Positions 46,096 through 56,177 are shown, counted from the stretch's first letter. The stretch is DNA of 59,959 nt from Acutalibacteraceae bacterium (GCA_963595005.1 CAVBGP010000001.1:1-59959), one strand, 5' to 3'. Notes: generated by a model not told the origin, from the sequence alone. Numbers and translations: made by a program.

Positions 46096-47169
46096 TCAGC
46101 TTATATGCTTATCTATATAGCGCTTATTCATAGCCAAGGCCCTTACTATAGATTTCGGCAGCTTATCATAGCGCTTACCGGCTCTGTAGCCCAGATATCT
46201 AAAGCCTGTCCGCCATATAAATGTCGGTATCTCCGTCATATGTCCGCTTGCCGTAAGATGCTTTACTACAGCCTTAACAAGTCTCAGGCCCTCGCCCTCA
46301 GAGCTAAGCCCCTCAAACACCTCCGGATGCTGACGCTGACTTAAGCCTAGGTCAAAGTTGCGGTGCAGCTGCTGCATAGCTGTATAGTTGTGCGAGTGCA
46401 CTACCCCGGCCTTAGCCTCGTACATTACGGCATAGCCTGCCTTTACTGCCTTTGCAGCATATATCATGTCCTCATTAAATACCGCATTATCAATAAAGCC
46501 ACCGAGCTTATCAAATATCTCTCTGTTATATGCGCAGCATACATCCGAAGCAAAATAGGTCTTGATGCCAAGCTTATCAAAGTCCCTGGCTGATTTAAGA
46601 CGACTCTCATCCGGATAATTAAAGCGCCTTACGTATCTCTCAGCCTCATCAGCATCAGCTGCCGCAAGCTGCCTCGCATAGCACATGGCGATGGTGATAT
46701 CTTCTTGATGCGGATCTATCGTACCGGATGTTTCATCTTGATTATTAATGGTATCGACTCCAACCGGTGCGTCACTGCCGGCTGATTCATTTACATTAAT
46801 ATAGTCTGAGCCTGCTTTGAGTCCTGCTATCAGCCTCTCTGTCAGATATTCGTCTGCCGGCACTGCGTCATCAGTCATGCATATAAATGCATCCGCAGTC
46901 GACATTTGCACCGCCATTGCTCTTGTTGCTGCGTGGTCAAACTCATCTGCACTTATGTCCTTAAGCACGGTACGTTCATCTGCACTTACTTTTGCTCTGA
47001 TATCCTCGCTCATAAGCTCGTGCTCGGTATTGATAAGTATGAGCTTTTGATACGGAAGTGCCTGTCTTTTAAGCATGTCAAAAAGCCGCAGGAAGCGTTC
47101 TCCCGGTTTATAGGTCGGTATTATGATGTCAAAGCTTTTAATCTCTCTCATATGATTTCTTTGCGGCAT
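46096..47169 (-). CDS. Family 2 glycosyltransferase
   Basis: FDIIIPTYKPGERF... with a downstream DD motif (MTDDAVP). The start is uncertain (47169 or 47151) and overlaps the upstream flippase-like gene. Confidence 0.7.
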   Translation of the reverse strand: MPQRNHMREIKSFDIIIPTYKPGERFLRLFDMLKRQALPYQKLILINTEHELMSEDIRAKVSADERTVLKDISADEFDHAATRAMAVQMSTADAFICMTDDAVPADEYLTERLIAGLKAGSDYINVNESAGSDAPVGVDTINNQDETSGTIDPHQEDITIAMCYARQLAAADADEAERYVRRFNYPDESRLKSARDFDKLGIKTYFASDVCCAYNREIFDKLGGFIDNAVFNEDMIYAAKAVKAGYAVMYEAKAGVVHSHNYTAMQQLHRNFDLGLSQRQHPEVFEGLSSEGEGLRLVKAVVKHLTASGHMTEIPTFIWRTGFRYLGYRAGKRYDKLPKSIVRALAMNKRYIDKHIS

Positions 47170-48424
47170 TAAGCAAATGTCTGCAGCTTAACGCAAAGCT
47201 TATGGCTGCAATAAGCATGTAACAGGGATATACAACTGCTGCACCTGTGATTCCGCAGTTTCTTACGGCGAACGAGCTTAATATAAATGCAATCACCGCT
47301 ACTACACAATATATCGCAAATATAAGCTTCTGTCTTCGCATAATTACAAGGATATAATAATAAAGATTGGATATGGCATAGAAGCAGCCGCCAAGTATGA
47401 TGCATACAAATATCATGTGCTTCGAGCTAAGCATACCCTCATAGCCTGAGCCAAGGAGATACTCGAGCACTATCAGCACTATCCTGCCAAGCAGCAAGGC
47501 CCCGATTACGGCAGCTGCTGACAGAGCTGCAACAGCGATGAGCAGACGCCTTAGCACAGCCTCAAACTCGTCAAAGCTTTTAGCTTCATAGATTGCTGAA
47601 AGTCTAGTCATGTACGGCTTAATTATGAAATTTGCAACGAGATATATTACCGAGGTTGGCATGAAAAGGATGTTGAAAATCCCGTTTGCCGCATCATTGA
47701 GATACCTGTCTACTGCATATTTAGCCGCAGAAAATATATAGAAATCCACGAACACGGACAGGAACAAAAGTGCGGTGCTGCCTGCCAGAGCTGTTTCTAC
47801 GCCCGATGCTTTTGTATCAGCATAAGCCCTAAAAACGCTTCGCTCAGTATAGTACTTGAAAACTATAATACAGAGAAGCTGAGCCGCAACAGCTGCCGCG
47901 CAGGCAATAAGCACTGAACGGCTTAAAGCCATAACTGCTATAAGCATCGCTGAAGCTAATACTGTACGAATTGCAAGTTCCTTGCCGCCAAGCCACAGCA
48001 AACCTACTCTCTGACATTCACATTCATATAGATCAGCAGCACCGTCTGCTATCTTGTATAGTGCAAGCAGCAGCACTATCGCTGATTTATGCAGACTATA
48101 GCTTCCTGATGCACACATAAAGCCAAGATAAGCTAAGGATGCTGCAATAGCAGTCAGTACCGTTATCCGTCTTAAACCTCTGTAATCTTCAAATCTGTAC
48201 TCGAATGATGAATCCGTGATATGAAAGGGTCTGATGCCAAAATATGCAATTATAAACATCTGCTGTCCGAAGGTAGAAAAGCCAAAGCCAAATATGCCTC
48301 CGTCATCAGCCCCTGCTATATGCATAGCAGCAAATGCCAAAAACATCGAAGAAAGAGCATATATGCCGCTTCCCACGGTGTTCCAGAAAAAGTCTTTTTT
48401 TATTGTATTATGCTCTGACGGCAT
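47138..48424 (-). CDS. MOP-superfamily (Wzx-like) polysaccharide flippase
   Basis: 428 aa, ~12 TM helices, with the typical N-terminal FWNTVGSGIYALSSM. Confidence 0.5.
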   Translation of the reverse strand: MPSEHNTIKKDFFWNTVGSGIYALSSMFLAFAAMHIAGADDGGIFGFGFSTFGQQMFIIAYFGIRPFHITDSSFEYRFEDYRGLRRITVLTAIAASLAYLGFMCASGSYSLHKSAIVLLLALYKIADGAADLYECECQRVGLLWLGGKELAIRTVLASAMLIAVMALSRSVLIACAAAVAAQLLCIIVFKYYTERSVFRAYADTKASGVETALAGSTALLFLSVFVDFYIFSAAKYAVDRYLNDAANGIFNILFMPTSVIYLVANFIIKPYMTRLSAIYEAKSFDEFEAVLRRLLIAVAALSAAAVIGALLLGRIVLIVLEYLLGSGYEGMLSSKHMIFVCIILGGCFYAISNLYYYILVIMRRQKLIFAIYCVVAVIAFILSSFAVRNCGITGAAVVYPCYMLIAAISFALSCRHLLNAAKKSYERD

Positions 48425-48575
48425 ATTTGCTTAGTTCTCCTGTTTTTCCTGCGCCTAGGGCATACATAGTTTGTGGTTCTCGAAATGAGAGCCCTCTGTA
48501 TAAGAGCTCGATGCAGATGTATTCCGCTTTAGAGCAACTGCCTGCAGCTTATACTTTAAAACATTTATCGAAAGC

Positions 48576-49331
48576 TTATGCTTTAAGACAGCCACGAACC
48601 ATCCTGAGCATGTACTTAGCAGCCTTAACAGGCTTAAGATATGACTCACCAGCTTCCCTGTCTGCAACTTTAACCGACACCTCTGCCACTCTTGCTCCTG
48701 ACTTTATAAGCCTTGCAACCGTATCAGGCTCGGGTGCGAGATCCGTGTGCTTAGCAAAAAGCTTGATTAGCTTCCTGTTATAAAGTCTCAGACCACAGGT
48801 AGGATCTGTTACACGTACTCCGGTTCTAAGCAATATGACAAGCCTTATTATATGGGAGCCAAGGCTTCTTACTGCATTCATATGGTTATCAAGTCCGATA
48901 AAGCGAGAACCCATAACAAGGTCATAGCCCTCGTCAGCCTTGCGCTTCATAGCCTCTATATATTCAGGTCTGTGCTGACCGTCTCCGTCAAACTGCACAG
49001 CATACTTATAATCCATGTCGTCAGCATATTTCATGCCGTTATGAAAGCACATGGTAAGTCCCATATTTTCCGGGAGATTAACCGTATTATAGCCTCTGTA
49101 TGCACATATACGGTCTGTTCCGTCAGTCGGACCATCCGTGACAACAACATAGTCAAACTGAGGGTAATCAGCTATAAGCTCATCGACCACCCTCTCTATG
49201 TTGCCTGCTTCATTATATGCAGGGATTATAAGCAAAACCTCGCTTTTTGCCGGTGTCTTGCCCTGTTTAGTATCATTTGCTCTTGTATCCATGTTTGAAT
49301 TATAAAAATGCCTATTATAGTTTGGCTGCAT
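48576..49331 (-). CDS. Family 2 glycosyltransferase (polyprenyl-phosphate sugar transferase / DPM1-GtrB-like catalytic domain)
   Basis: LLIIPAYNEAGNIERVVDEL...VVVTDGPTDGT...FDGDGQH. The start may be the internal Met at 49292. Confidence 0.7.
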   Translation of the reverse strand: MQPNYNRHFYNSNMDTRANDTKQGKTPAKSEVLLIIPAYNEAGNIERVVDELIADYPQFDYVVVTDGPTDGTDRICAYRGYNTVNLPENMGLTMCFHNGMKYADDMDYKYAVQFDGDGQHRPEYIEAMKRKADEGYDLVMGSRFIGLDNHMNAVRSLGSHIIRLVILLRTGVRVTDPTCGLRLYNRKLIKLFAKHTDLAPEPDTVARLIKSGARVAEVSVKVADREAGESYLKPVKAAKYMLRMVRGCLKA

Positions 49332-51000
49332 CTAAGCCCATCACTGCAAGTGCAGTCTTGATACCGTCAGCTGCGGCACTTGTGATGCCGCCCGCATAAC
49401 CAGCGCCCTCACCTGCCGGATATAATCCGCGTACCGTAGGCGCCTGACGTGTCTCGTCCCGAACAATTCTTACCGGACTTGAGGTTCTTGCCTCTATGCC
49501 TGCAATAATCGCATCATCTGCATCGTAACCTGCTATAACTCTTGCAAATCCGCTCATGCAGTCTGCTATCGCATCCCCGACATAAGCCGGAAGCGCACTT
49601 CTCACATCCGCAGCAGCGGCAAAGCCTAGGAATTTAGTATCATAGGAACTATTTCCAAGCGGATTAGTCTGTCTCTCTTTAAACTCACCGAAGGTCTCAT
49701 ACGGTATAACTCCGTCACACAGCTTATAGGCAGCTGCTTCAAGCTCACGCTGGAACTCAACTCCGTTAAGCACATCGCTGCTTCCGGTAGCTTCCTTATA
49801 ATCCTCCGGTGTGACATTTACAATAAGTGCGGCGTTAGCCGTACCTGAGGCTCTGTCATTATAGCTCATACCGTTTATGCAAAGTCGCCCTTCCTCTGAT
49901 GAGGAATTGACCACATAGCCTCCGGGACACATACAGAAGCTAAAGCAGCTCCTGCCGTTTGCTGCCTTACGGGTAAGCTTATATGAAGCAGGTCCGAGTA
50001 TCTGCTGCTTCTCCTTAAGTCTGTCCTCACCGTACAGTGCCTTATCAATAAGCTCCTGTGGATGCTGAATACGTACACCTATCGCAAACGGCTTTGCTTC
50101 AAGCTCAAGTCCCTTATCACGAAGCAGGTAAAACGTATCTCTTGCACTGTGACCTGCCGCAAGCACGAGCTTACTGCATTTAAGTAAATGCTTATCGCCC
50201 TTATGTGTATCAGTATAGCTTACAGCTGTTAATATGCCGTCATCTGCCTCAAAGTCATCAAAGCGAGCGTTAAATATATACTCTCCGCCCTTTGATATGA
50301 TGTACTTACGCATATTTTTAACTACGTCCACAAGAACATCGGTTCCGACATGAGGCTTCTGGTCTGCAAGTATATCCGGGTCTGCACCAAAACGCACGAA
50401 GGTCCTCAGGACAAAATCTATATAACCACCTCTGTCCTTGATTGAGGTGTTGAGCTTGCCATCGGAAAATGCTCCGGCACCACCTTCTCCAAACTGTATA
50501 TTGCACTCCGGATCCAGCTTGCCGGTCTCAAAGAAGCGCTCTGCCTTGGCTGTACGCTTATCGACATCCGCTCCACGCTCTAGTACTATCGGCCTAAAGC
50601 CGCATTCTGCAAGTACATATGCTGCAAATAATCCGCAGGGACCGGAACCTACAACTACAGGGCGATCTGTTTTGTCACTGACTTCCATAACAGGAAGCGT
50701 AAGCGGAGCCTCTGTCAGCTGTCTGATATTATTATTCTTAAGCTTCTCTACGTAGCGGCTCTCAGTCTCTGAGCTTGGTCCCACCACAGAATCATGGAGA
50801 CGCACATCTACTGTATAGACAAATTGTATGTCTGACTTTTCTCTTGCATCTACAGAGCGCTTATGAAGCTTAAGCTTACGTATATCGTCTGTTCTGCAGC
50901 CAAGAAGCTGTGCCGTCTTTCTCTTAAGGAGGCGATTTTCCTGCTCCTTATCTGTTCCTGCTTCAAATATGGATATCTTAATCTGATTTATTCTTATCAT
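49315..51000 (-). CDS. FAD-dependent protein (COG2509-type NAD(FAD)-utilising dehydrogenase)
   Basis: Dinucleotide-binding VVVGSGPCGLFAAYVLAE..ERG and C-terminal GLYPAGEGAGYAGGI. Confidence 0.7.
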   Translation of the reverse strand: MIRINQIKISIFEAGTDKEQENRLLKRKTAQLLGCRTDDIRKLKLHKRSVDAREKSDIQFVYTVDVRLHDSVVGPSSETESRYVEKLKNNNIRQLTEAPLTLPVMEVSDKTDRPVVVGSGPCGLFAAYVLAECGFRPIVLERGADVDKRTAKAERFFETGKLDPECNIQFGEGGAGAFSDGKLNTSIKDRGGYIDFVLRTFVRFGADPDILADQKPHVGTDVLVDVVKNMRKYIISKGGEYIFNARFDDFEADDGILTAVSYTDTHKGDKHLLKCSKLVLAAGHSARDTFYLLRDKGLELEAKPFAIGVRIQHPQELIDKALYGEDRLKEKQQILGPASYKLTRKAANGRSCFSFCMCPGGYVVNSSSEEGRLCINGMSYNDRASGTANAALIVNVTPEDYKEATGSSDVLNGVEFQRELEAAAYKLCDGVIPYETFGEFKERQTNPLGNSSYDTKFLGFAAAADVRSALPAYVGDAIADCMSGFARVIAGYDADDAIIAGIEARTSSPVRIVRDETRQAPTVRGLYPAGEGAGYAGGITSAAADGIKTALAVMGLDAAKL

Positions 51001-51003
51001 AAA

Positions 51004-52368
51004 TTATAACCTGTTAGATGCAGCAGCTCTGCCTGCAATATATCCTGTGCTCCACGCAAATTGCAGATTATAGCCTCCGCATTCACCGTCTATATCTATT
51101 ATCTCCCCGCAAAAATATAGGCCGCTGCTATGTCTCATAGTATGAGGATCTAGTTCTCCTGCGGATATTCCCCCTGTACAGGTCTGTGCTCTGTCAAAGC
51201 CTGCGGTCCTGTGTATCACGTAATCATGTCCGTCTATGCTAAGCACGGCTTTTCTGCCTTCGTTAAGTGCCTTAGCTGCATATCGGGAAAGCTGCATGAC
51301 CGGTATACCTGATATACTGTGTTCATTGAACTGTATCTCACCTGCAGCATAATACTCGCTGCAGGTGCACGCTTTATCTTTATTAGCTGTATTATCTTCG
51401 CCTGACCTTACAGAAGCCTCATATATCTTAAGCTTAGCCTCCGTCTTAACACGCTTGCCCTTCATAGTCTTTAGATACTCATCCTTAGAGTATAAGGCAC
51501 ATAGTGCAGGCAGAAAACGCTCCTGCTTAATTCCAAGCTGCTTTAGCAGCGGGTATATCGAACTGTCCGAGCCTGTCACAGGATATGCATTTGAGCCTGC
51601 AGCTATTATCACAGCAGCATATTCTGACATGACATATGCTGTTTCGTCTGTATTGCTGCTTATCAAGCTTTGTTGTGCATTAGCCTTAACACCATCCAGA
51701 CAAGTTGAATTATCAGCATATAGCTTATCAACTGTCTCCTTGGTGTCGGCTATATTAGTTAAGCCAGACGAAGCCACAGCACTTAATACTGTCTCTATAA
51801 CCTTCGTATCACTTACGCCAAAGCGAAAATTTATGCCTCGCTTAATTGCTGCCTTGTACATCGTATCCCGAAAATCCTGCGCATTCATATCCTCAGGATA
51901 AACATAGCCACTGTCATCATAGCTGTAATGACGTATCAGAGGATTTATACCTATAGACTTAAAGAAGCTTATGCACTCCTCATATCCAAATTGCTCCAGC
52001 ACTGCTTCAATAAAGCTTTGTAAAGCCTCACTGCCGCAGTGATATTTTGCTGCCGAGACATGAGTATTAGTATAGTTACAGCGTCCGTTACCTGTGACAG
52101 CAAGCTTTATGCCGGGTCTATCCTTATGCTCTAGCACCGTTACCCTGGCACCACATTCTGCCGCACTTATTGCTGCCATCATTCCTGCCGCACCGGCTCC
52201 GATTATCAAAACCTTTTTTTTGCTCTTATCTGATTGACCTGCTGCAGCATTTGCAAAAGTATCGCAGTCTTCTGATTTATCAAATTCAGGCTTGTTCAAT
52301 ACATCATCATCCACAACAGCTGAGACATTTCCAGTAATATCACGCTTGTTATCTGTACGCTCCATCAC
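51004..52368 (-). CDS. HI0933/BaiN-like flavoprotein (aminoacetone-oxidase family)
   Basis: VLIIGAGAAGMMAAISAAE, GNGRCNYTN, and C-terminal GGYNLQFAWSTGYIAG. Has an N-terminal ~50-aa extension. Confidence 0.7.
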   Translation of the reverse strand: MMERTDNKRDITGNVSAVVDDDVLNKPEFDKSEDCDTFANAAAGQSDKSKKKVLIIGAGAAGMMAAISAAECGARVTVLEHKDRPGIKLAVTGNGRCNYTNTHVSAAKYHCGSEALQSFIEAVLEQFGYEECISFFKSIGINPLIRHYSYDDSGYVYPEDMNAQDFRDTMYKAAIKRGINFRFGVSDTKVIETVLSAVASSGLTNIADTKETVDKLYADNSTCLDGVKANAQQSLISSNTDETAYVMSEYAAVIIAAGSNAYPVTGSDSSIYPLLKQLGIKQERFLPALCALYSKDEYLKTMKGKRVKTEAKLKIYEASVRSGEDNTANKDKACTCSEYYAAGEIQFNEHSISGIPVMQLSRYAAKALNEGRKAVLSIDGHDYVIHRTAGFDRAQTCTGGISAGELDPHTMRHSSGLYFCGEIIDIDGECGGYNLQFAWSTGYIAGRAAASNRL

Positions 52369-54062
52369 ATGAGCCTCATCGCATTAAGGAAGCGATATAG
52401 CCTTAGTCCCATCGGCATCTCGATAAGCTCCTCCTTGGTGAAGGCATGCAGCAAAGCAAGGCTCACAGCATATACCACCAGTGCCACAACCACGCATATA
52501 GTGACGATTATAATCAGTCCTACGCGTCCCTCTGCAAATGTATCCGGCAGCACAAAGCTCAAAAGCTTATATAATCCAAAGGAGGCAGCTCCCATAATTA
52601 CCGAGGATATAAATGGCACAACGAAAGTGTTGTGCTTATTTATCCTGAATCTTACATGCCTATGCATTTTACTGATGTTAAGTATGCACACCATTAATGC
52701 AAATATTGAGTTCGCATAGATTACTGCCAGCAGACTCTTTGCAGCAAAAATCAAAGCAACCAATGAAATCACATGCACAATAAGCGCAAGCACAGCATTT
52801 TTTAGAGGCGCTGACAGATGCCCAAGTCCCTGAAGCAGGGCATTGGTGATGGTTGAGAGCGCATACAGGATAATAGTTATTGAGCCATGTCTCAGCACGC
52901 TTATAAGCATGGAATTATCCTCAGAGGCAAAGAGCAGATTGCATATAGGCTCTGCCAAGGCAAATAAGCCTACTGCGGCAGGGATGGATATAAGCATAAC
53001 AAACTGCATGCTAAGCTTAAGCTTCATAACTATAAGCTTCCTGTTTTTGTCAGCAACCGCATTGGTAAGTGACGGTATTACGGATGAGCTTAAGCTGTTT
53101 GATATAGCAACCGGTATGTTGAAGAGTATCCTGTACTCTCCAAAAACTCCCCACAGGAATACGCAGGAAGCTCCAAGTCCTATAGTATTCATAGTTCTGC
53201 TGAATATAAAGTCATCCAGCACCGTGCTTATGTTATACACAGTAGAGCTAAGTAATATCGGAATAAGCGTAAGCAGCAGCACCTTCGCAAGCTGTCCTGC
53301 AGACTCCTTTCGTCTTGCACGGGTATTGCCGACACTACCGTCAGGATACTTTGGTCTGAAGGTTCCATTTCCCTCAGGCATCCTTCCATAGAGCAAAAAA
53401 AGCAACATAAAGAAAAGCAGAGCTATAAGTGCGCCCATGCCTGTACCTATAGTTGCTCCTGCCGCTCCGTAAGCATAGCTGTAATCTGTTCCTGCATATA
53501 AGAGATTGGCCTTAGCTCCGTAATTAAAGAGCAATATTGCCATTATTATAGATACCGCTGCATTTGCTATCTGCTCAAACACCTGTGATACAGCTGTCGG
53601 CACCATGTTTCCTGAGCCCTGGAAATATCCTCTCATTATGCCAAGATATGCCATAATCCAGACTGTCGGTGCAAGCGTGCGCAGTGCATAGCGGCAAAAC
53701 GGTTTCTCAAGAAAATCAGCGATAAAGCCACTGCCAAAATACATAACCGCACAGGCCAAGCCGCCGATAATTGTGGCATATACAAAGGTCACTCTGAGAG
53801 CTGTGCGTACATCGTCATAGCGTCCCTTAGCAAGCCTTGTTGACACTACCTTGGACACAGCCGTAGGCAAGGAATACGAGCTTATGATAAGCAATATATT
53901 GTAAATGCTGTAGGCCGAGGTGTAGTAGCCGTTGCCAATTGTTCCTATAATTTCAACAAGAGGAATGCGGTAAAGCATTCCTATGATACGACAAAGTATA
54001 CCGGTTGCGGCCAGTATACTTCCCTGAGCTATAAAATTGTGTGCTTTTGAGTTATTAATCAT
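52365..54062 (-). CDS. MurJ/SpoVB-like MOP-family flippase (polysaccharide or lipid II)
   Basis: 565 aa, ~14 TM helices; N-terminal GSILAATGILCRIIGMLYRIPL is typical of the MurJ/SpoVB family. No SD. Its stop overlaps the next gene start (ATGA). Confidence 0.6.
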   Translation of the reverse strand: MINNSKAHNFIAQGSILAATGILCRIIGMLYRIPLVEIIGTIGNGYYTSAYSIYNILLIISSYSLPTAVSKVVSTRLAKGRYDDVRTALRVTFVYATIIGGLACAVMYFGSGFIADFLEKPFCRYALRTLAPTVWIMAYLGIMRGYFQGSGNMVPTAVSQVFEQIANAAVSIIMAILLFNYGAKANLLYAGTDYSYAYGAAGATIGTGMGALIALLFFMLLFLLYGRMPEGNGTFRPKYPDGSVGNTRARRKESAGQLAKVLLLTLIPILLSSTVYNISTVLDDFIFSRTMNTIGLGASCVFLWGVFGEYRILFNIPVAISNSLSSSVIPSLTNAVADKNRKLIVMKLKLSMQFVMLISIPAAVGLFALAEPICNLLFASEDNSMLISVLRHGSITIILYALSTITNALLQGLGHLSAPLKNAVLALIVHVISLVALIFAAKSLLAVIYANSIFALMVCILNISKMHRHVRFRINKHNTFVVPFISSVIMGAASFGLYKLLSFVLPDTFAEGRVGLIIIVTICVVVALVVYAVSLALLHAFTKEELIEMPMGLRLYRFLNAMRLM

Positions 54063-54106
54063 GAATTACAGTTATATGCTCTAAAAGTCCCGGACTGTGC
54101 ATACAT

Positions 54107-54180
54107 GGCAGGATTGCGAGAGCACGGGAGCACAAAGCAATCCGTTACTTTTATACTATGTAGTGCCTAACAATGCGGAG
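54107..54180 (-). repeat. Mosaic palindromic repeat copy (hp1 + degenerate hp2)
   Basis: GGCAGGATTGC-GAGAGCACGGGAGCACAAA-GCAATCCGTTACTTTTATACTATGTAGTGCCTAACAATGCGGAG. Confidence 0.7.
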
Positions 54181-54190
54181 AAACGAATGT

Positions 54191-54724
54191 TTACCTCAGT
54201 ATTCCCAGCCCCGTAAGTATCTCCTCCTGACGCTTCTCCATATCTGCAGCATCTGCCTCTGTCATGTGGTCATAGCCCATAAGATGCAGCATGCTGTGTG
54301 CTATGAGAAAAGCATATTCTCTGACTACGTCATGACCATACTCTGTCGCCTGTGCAATTGCATGATCTATTGAGATAATAATGTCTCCGAGCATCAGCTC
54401 ACCGGTCTCAGGATTGAACAAATCCTCCTCATCGTCAAAGCCGTCAAAGCAGGCAGGGCTGTCATATTCTATCAGAGGAAAGCTAAGCACATCGGTGCTG
54501 CGCTCTATATTGCGGTATTCGGTATTAAGCTCCTCAATCGCCTTATCATCTGTAAGCAACAGGCTTACATCTATATCATATGGGCAGTTCTCATGCTCGA
54601 CAGCTGCAGCTATAACCTTGTGAGCTATATCCGTATACTCCTTCGGACTCAAAAAGCCCTCGAAGAAATTATCTTCAAGCTTTTTAAGACTGCCGTCATA
54701 TTCATTTTCAATATTAATCGTCAT
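54191..54724 (-). CDS. ybeY: rRNA maturation endoribonuclease YbeY
   Basis: Zinc motif HSMLHLMGYDH. Its start overlaps the phoH stop. Confidence 0.88.
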   Translation of the reverse strand: MTINIENEYDGSLKKLEDNFFEGFLSPKEYTDIAHKVIAAAVEHENCPYDIDVSLLLTDDKAIEELNTEYRNIERSTDVLSFPLIEYDSPACFDGFDDEEDLFNPETGELMLGDIIISIDHAIAQATEYGHDVVREYAFLIAHSMLHLMGYDHMTEADAADMEKRQEEILTGLGILR

Positions 54725-55701
54725 CTCTTATGTCTCCGTTCACTGAGCTTAGTCTCATACGCATCATATGCCATGACTATCTTTTGAACGAGCGGATGTC
54801 TTACCACGTCACTTGCCGTAAGCTCCGCAAAGCCAATATCATCTATATTTTTAAGCACCTTCAGTGCATTCTCAAGTCCTGACGCCTGATCCTTATCCAG
54901 GTCCTTCTGTGTAAGGTCACCTGTGACCACCACCTTTGAACCAAAGCCTATACGTGTCAGGAACATCTTCATCTGTGCCGGTGTAGTATTCTGTGCCTCG
55001 TCAAGTATGATGAACGCATTATCAAGCGTACGTCCTCTCATGTATGCGAGCGGAGCAACCTCTATAAGGCCCTTTTCCTGATTTACTGTAAATGAATCAG
55101 CACCCATTATACTGTAAAGTGCGTCATACAGCGGTCTGAGATAGGGATCAATCTTCTGCTGCAGATCTCCCGGCAGGAATCCTAACTTCTCGCCTGCCTC
55201 TATAGCAGGTCTTGTGAGTATAATACGCTGTACCTCTTGTTCCTTAAAGGCCTTGATAGCAAGTGCCATGGCAAGATAGGTTTTGCCGGTGCCGGCTGGT
55301 CCTGTAGCAAAGGTTATCATCTTGGTGCGTATATAATCAACATAATGCTTCTGACCCAAGGTTTTGGGCTTAACCGGACGGCCGCTGACTGTCCTGCAGA
55401 TTATATCCTTATCAATCTCCGCGATGTCCTTTTCTCTGCCCTCGCCCTCCATCGAAAGCGATATAGCATAATCAACCTGCTGCTCTGTCACCTGATTATT
55501 CTGCATACTCAAACTAAGGAGACTGTCTATGACAGCTCCTGCCTTCTTAACCTTATCCTCGGTGCCTGCTATATGAAGTGCACCGTTATGCTCTGTTATA
55601 TCTACATTAAGGCTGCGCTCTATCTTCTTAAGGAAGACATCACAGCTTCCGAATATATTAATTTCGTGCTCGGTCGGAATACTCTTCTGCGTCTCAAACA
55701 T
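54721..55701 (-). CDS. phoH: PhoH-family ATPase
   Basis: Walker A GPAGTGKTYLAMA, DEAQNTT, VVTGDLTQKD. Confidence 0.88.
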   Translation of the reverse strand: MFETQKSIPTEHEINIFGSCDVFLKKIERSLNVDITEHNGALHIAGTEDKVKKAGAVIDSLLSLSMQNNQVTEQQVDYAISLSMEGEGREKDIAEIDKDIICRTVSGRPVKPKTLGQKHYVDYIRTKMITFATGPAGTGKTYLAMALAIKAFKEQEVQRIILTRPAIEAGEKLGFLPGDLQQKIDPYLRPLYDALYSIMGADSFTVNQEKGLIEVAPLAYMRGRTLDNAFIILDEAQNTTPAQMKMFLTRIGFGSKVVVTGDLTQKDLDKDQASGLENALKVLKNIDDIGFAELTASDVVRHPLVQKIVMAYDAYETKLSERRHKR

Positions 55702-55760
55702 ACTCTATACTTATCCGGTTCCTGCAAACTCCTTTGCACTATGTGTTTCTTTAATCTTAA

Positions 55761-55797
55761 CGCAATAATAGCCCCAACTCCACAGGAATTGAGGCTA
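55761..55797 (-). terminator. Rho-independent terminator of rpsU
   Basis: Minus strand TAGCCTCAATTCC-TGT-GGAGTTGGGGCTA (13 bp including 2 G-U pairs), followed by TTATTG. Confidence 0.65.
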
Positions 55798-55804
55798 CCA
55801 CTCA

Positions 55805-55981
55805 TTAATTATACTTACGCTTTCTAGCAGCTTCAGACTTCTTCTTACGTCTTACGCTAGGCTTCTCGTAATGTTCTCTCTTGCGAATCTCCTGCTGGAT
55901 TCCTGCTTTAGCGCAGTTTCTCTTGAATCTGCGAAGAGCTGAATCAAGTGATTCGTTCTCTTTAACGATAACGTTTGACAA
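55805..55981 (-). CDS. rpsU: 30S ribosomal protein S21
   Basis: [27 protein letters not shown]...[13 protein letters not shown] start at 55981 downstream of GGAGGGAGG. The track ORF has an unsupported 17-codon extension. Confidence 0.88.
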   Translation of the reverse strand: MSNVIVKENESLDSALRRFKRNCAKAGIQQEIRKREHYEKPSVRRKKKSEAARKRKYN

Positions 55982-56062
55982 AGACCCCTTACCTCCCTCC
56001 GGTGGCCGATTATGTAATAACTTACATGCCACTCAGTGCGGGGTATAATTGCACTGCCTTAT

Positions 56063-56091
56063 TTTATAACACAATTACTTGAGTGATGCAA
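56063..56091 (-). promoter_or_regulatory. Sigma-A-type promoter of rpsU
   Basis: Minus strand TTGCAT (56091-56086), a 17-nt spacer, then TGT-TATAAA (extended -10, 56068-56063). Confidence 0.6.
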
Positions 56092-56156
56092 GCACTTTAT
56101 CTGACATAAGCCAATAAAAGCTTTATTCATCATACATTCTGCAACGTATAACAGTG

Positions 56157-56177
56157 TCTATTCAAATATCTATTTAA
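56157..56177 (+). repeat. Junction direct repeat, right copy (TCTATTCAAATATCTATTTAA)
   Basis: 19 of 21 identical to 1782-1802. Contains the stop codon of the NTase gene. Confidence 0.5.
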
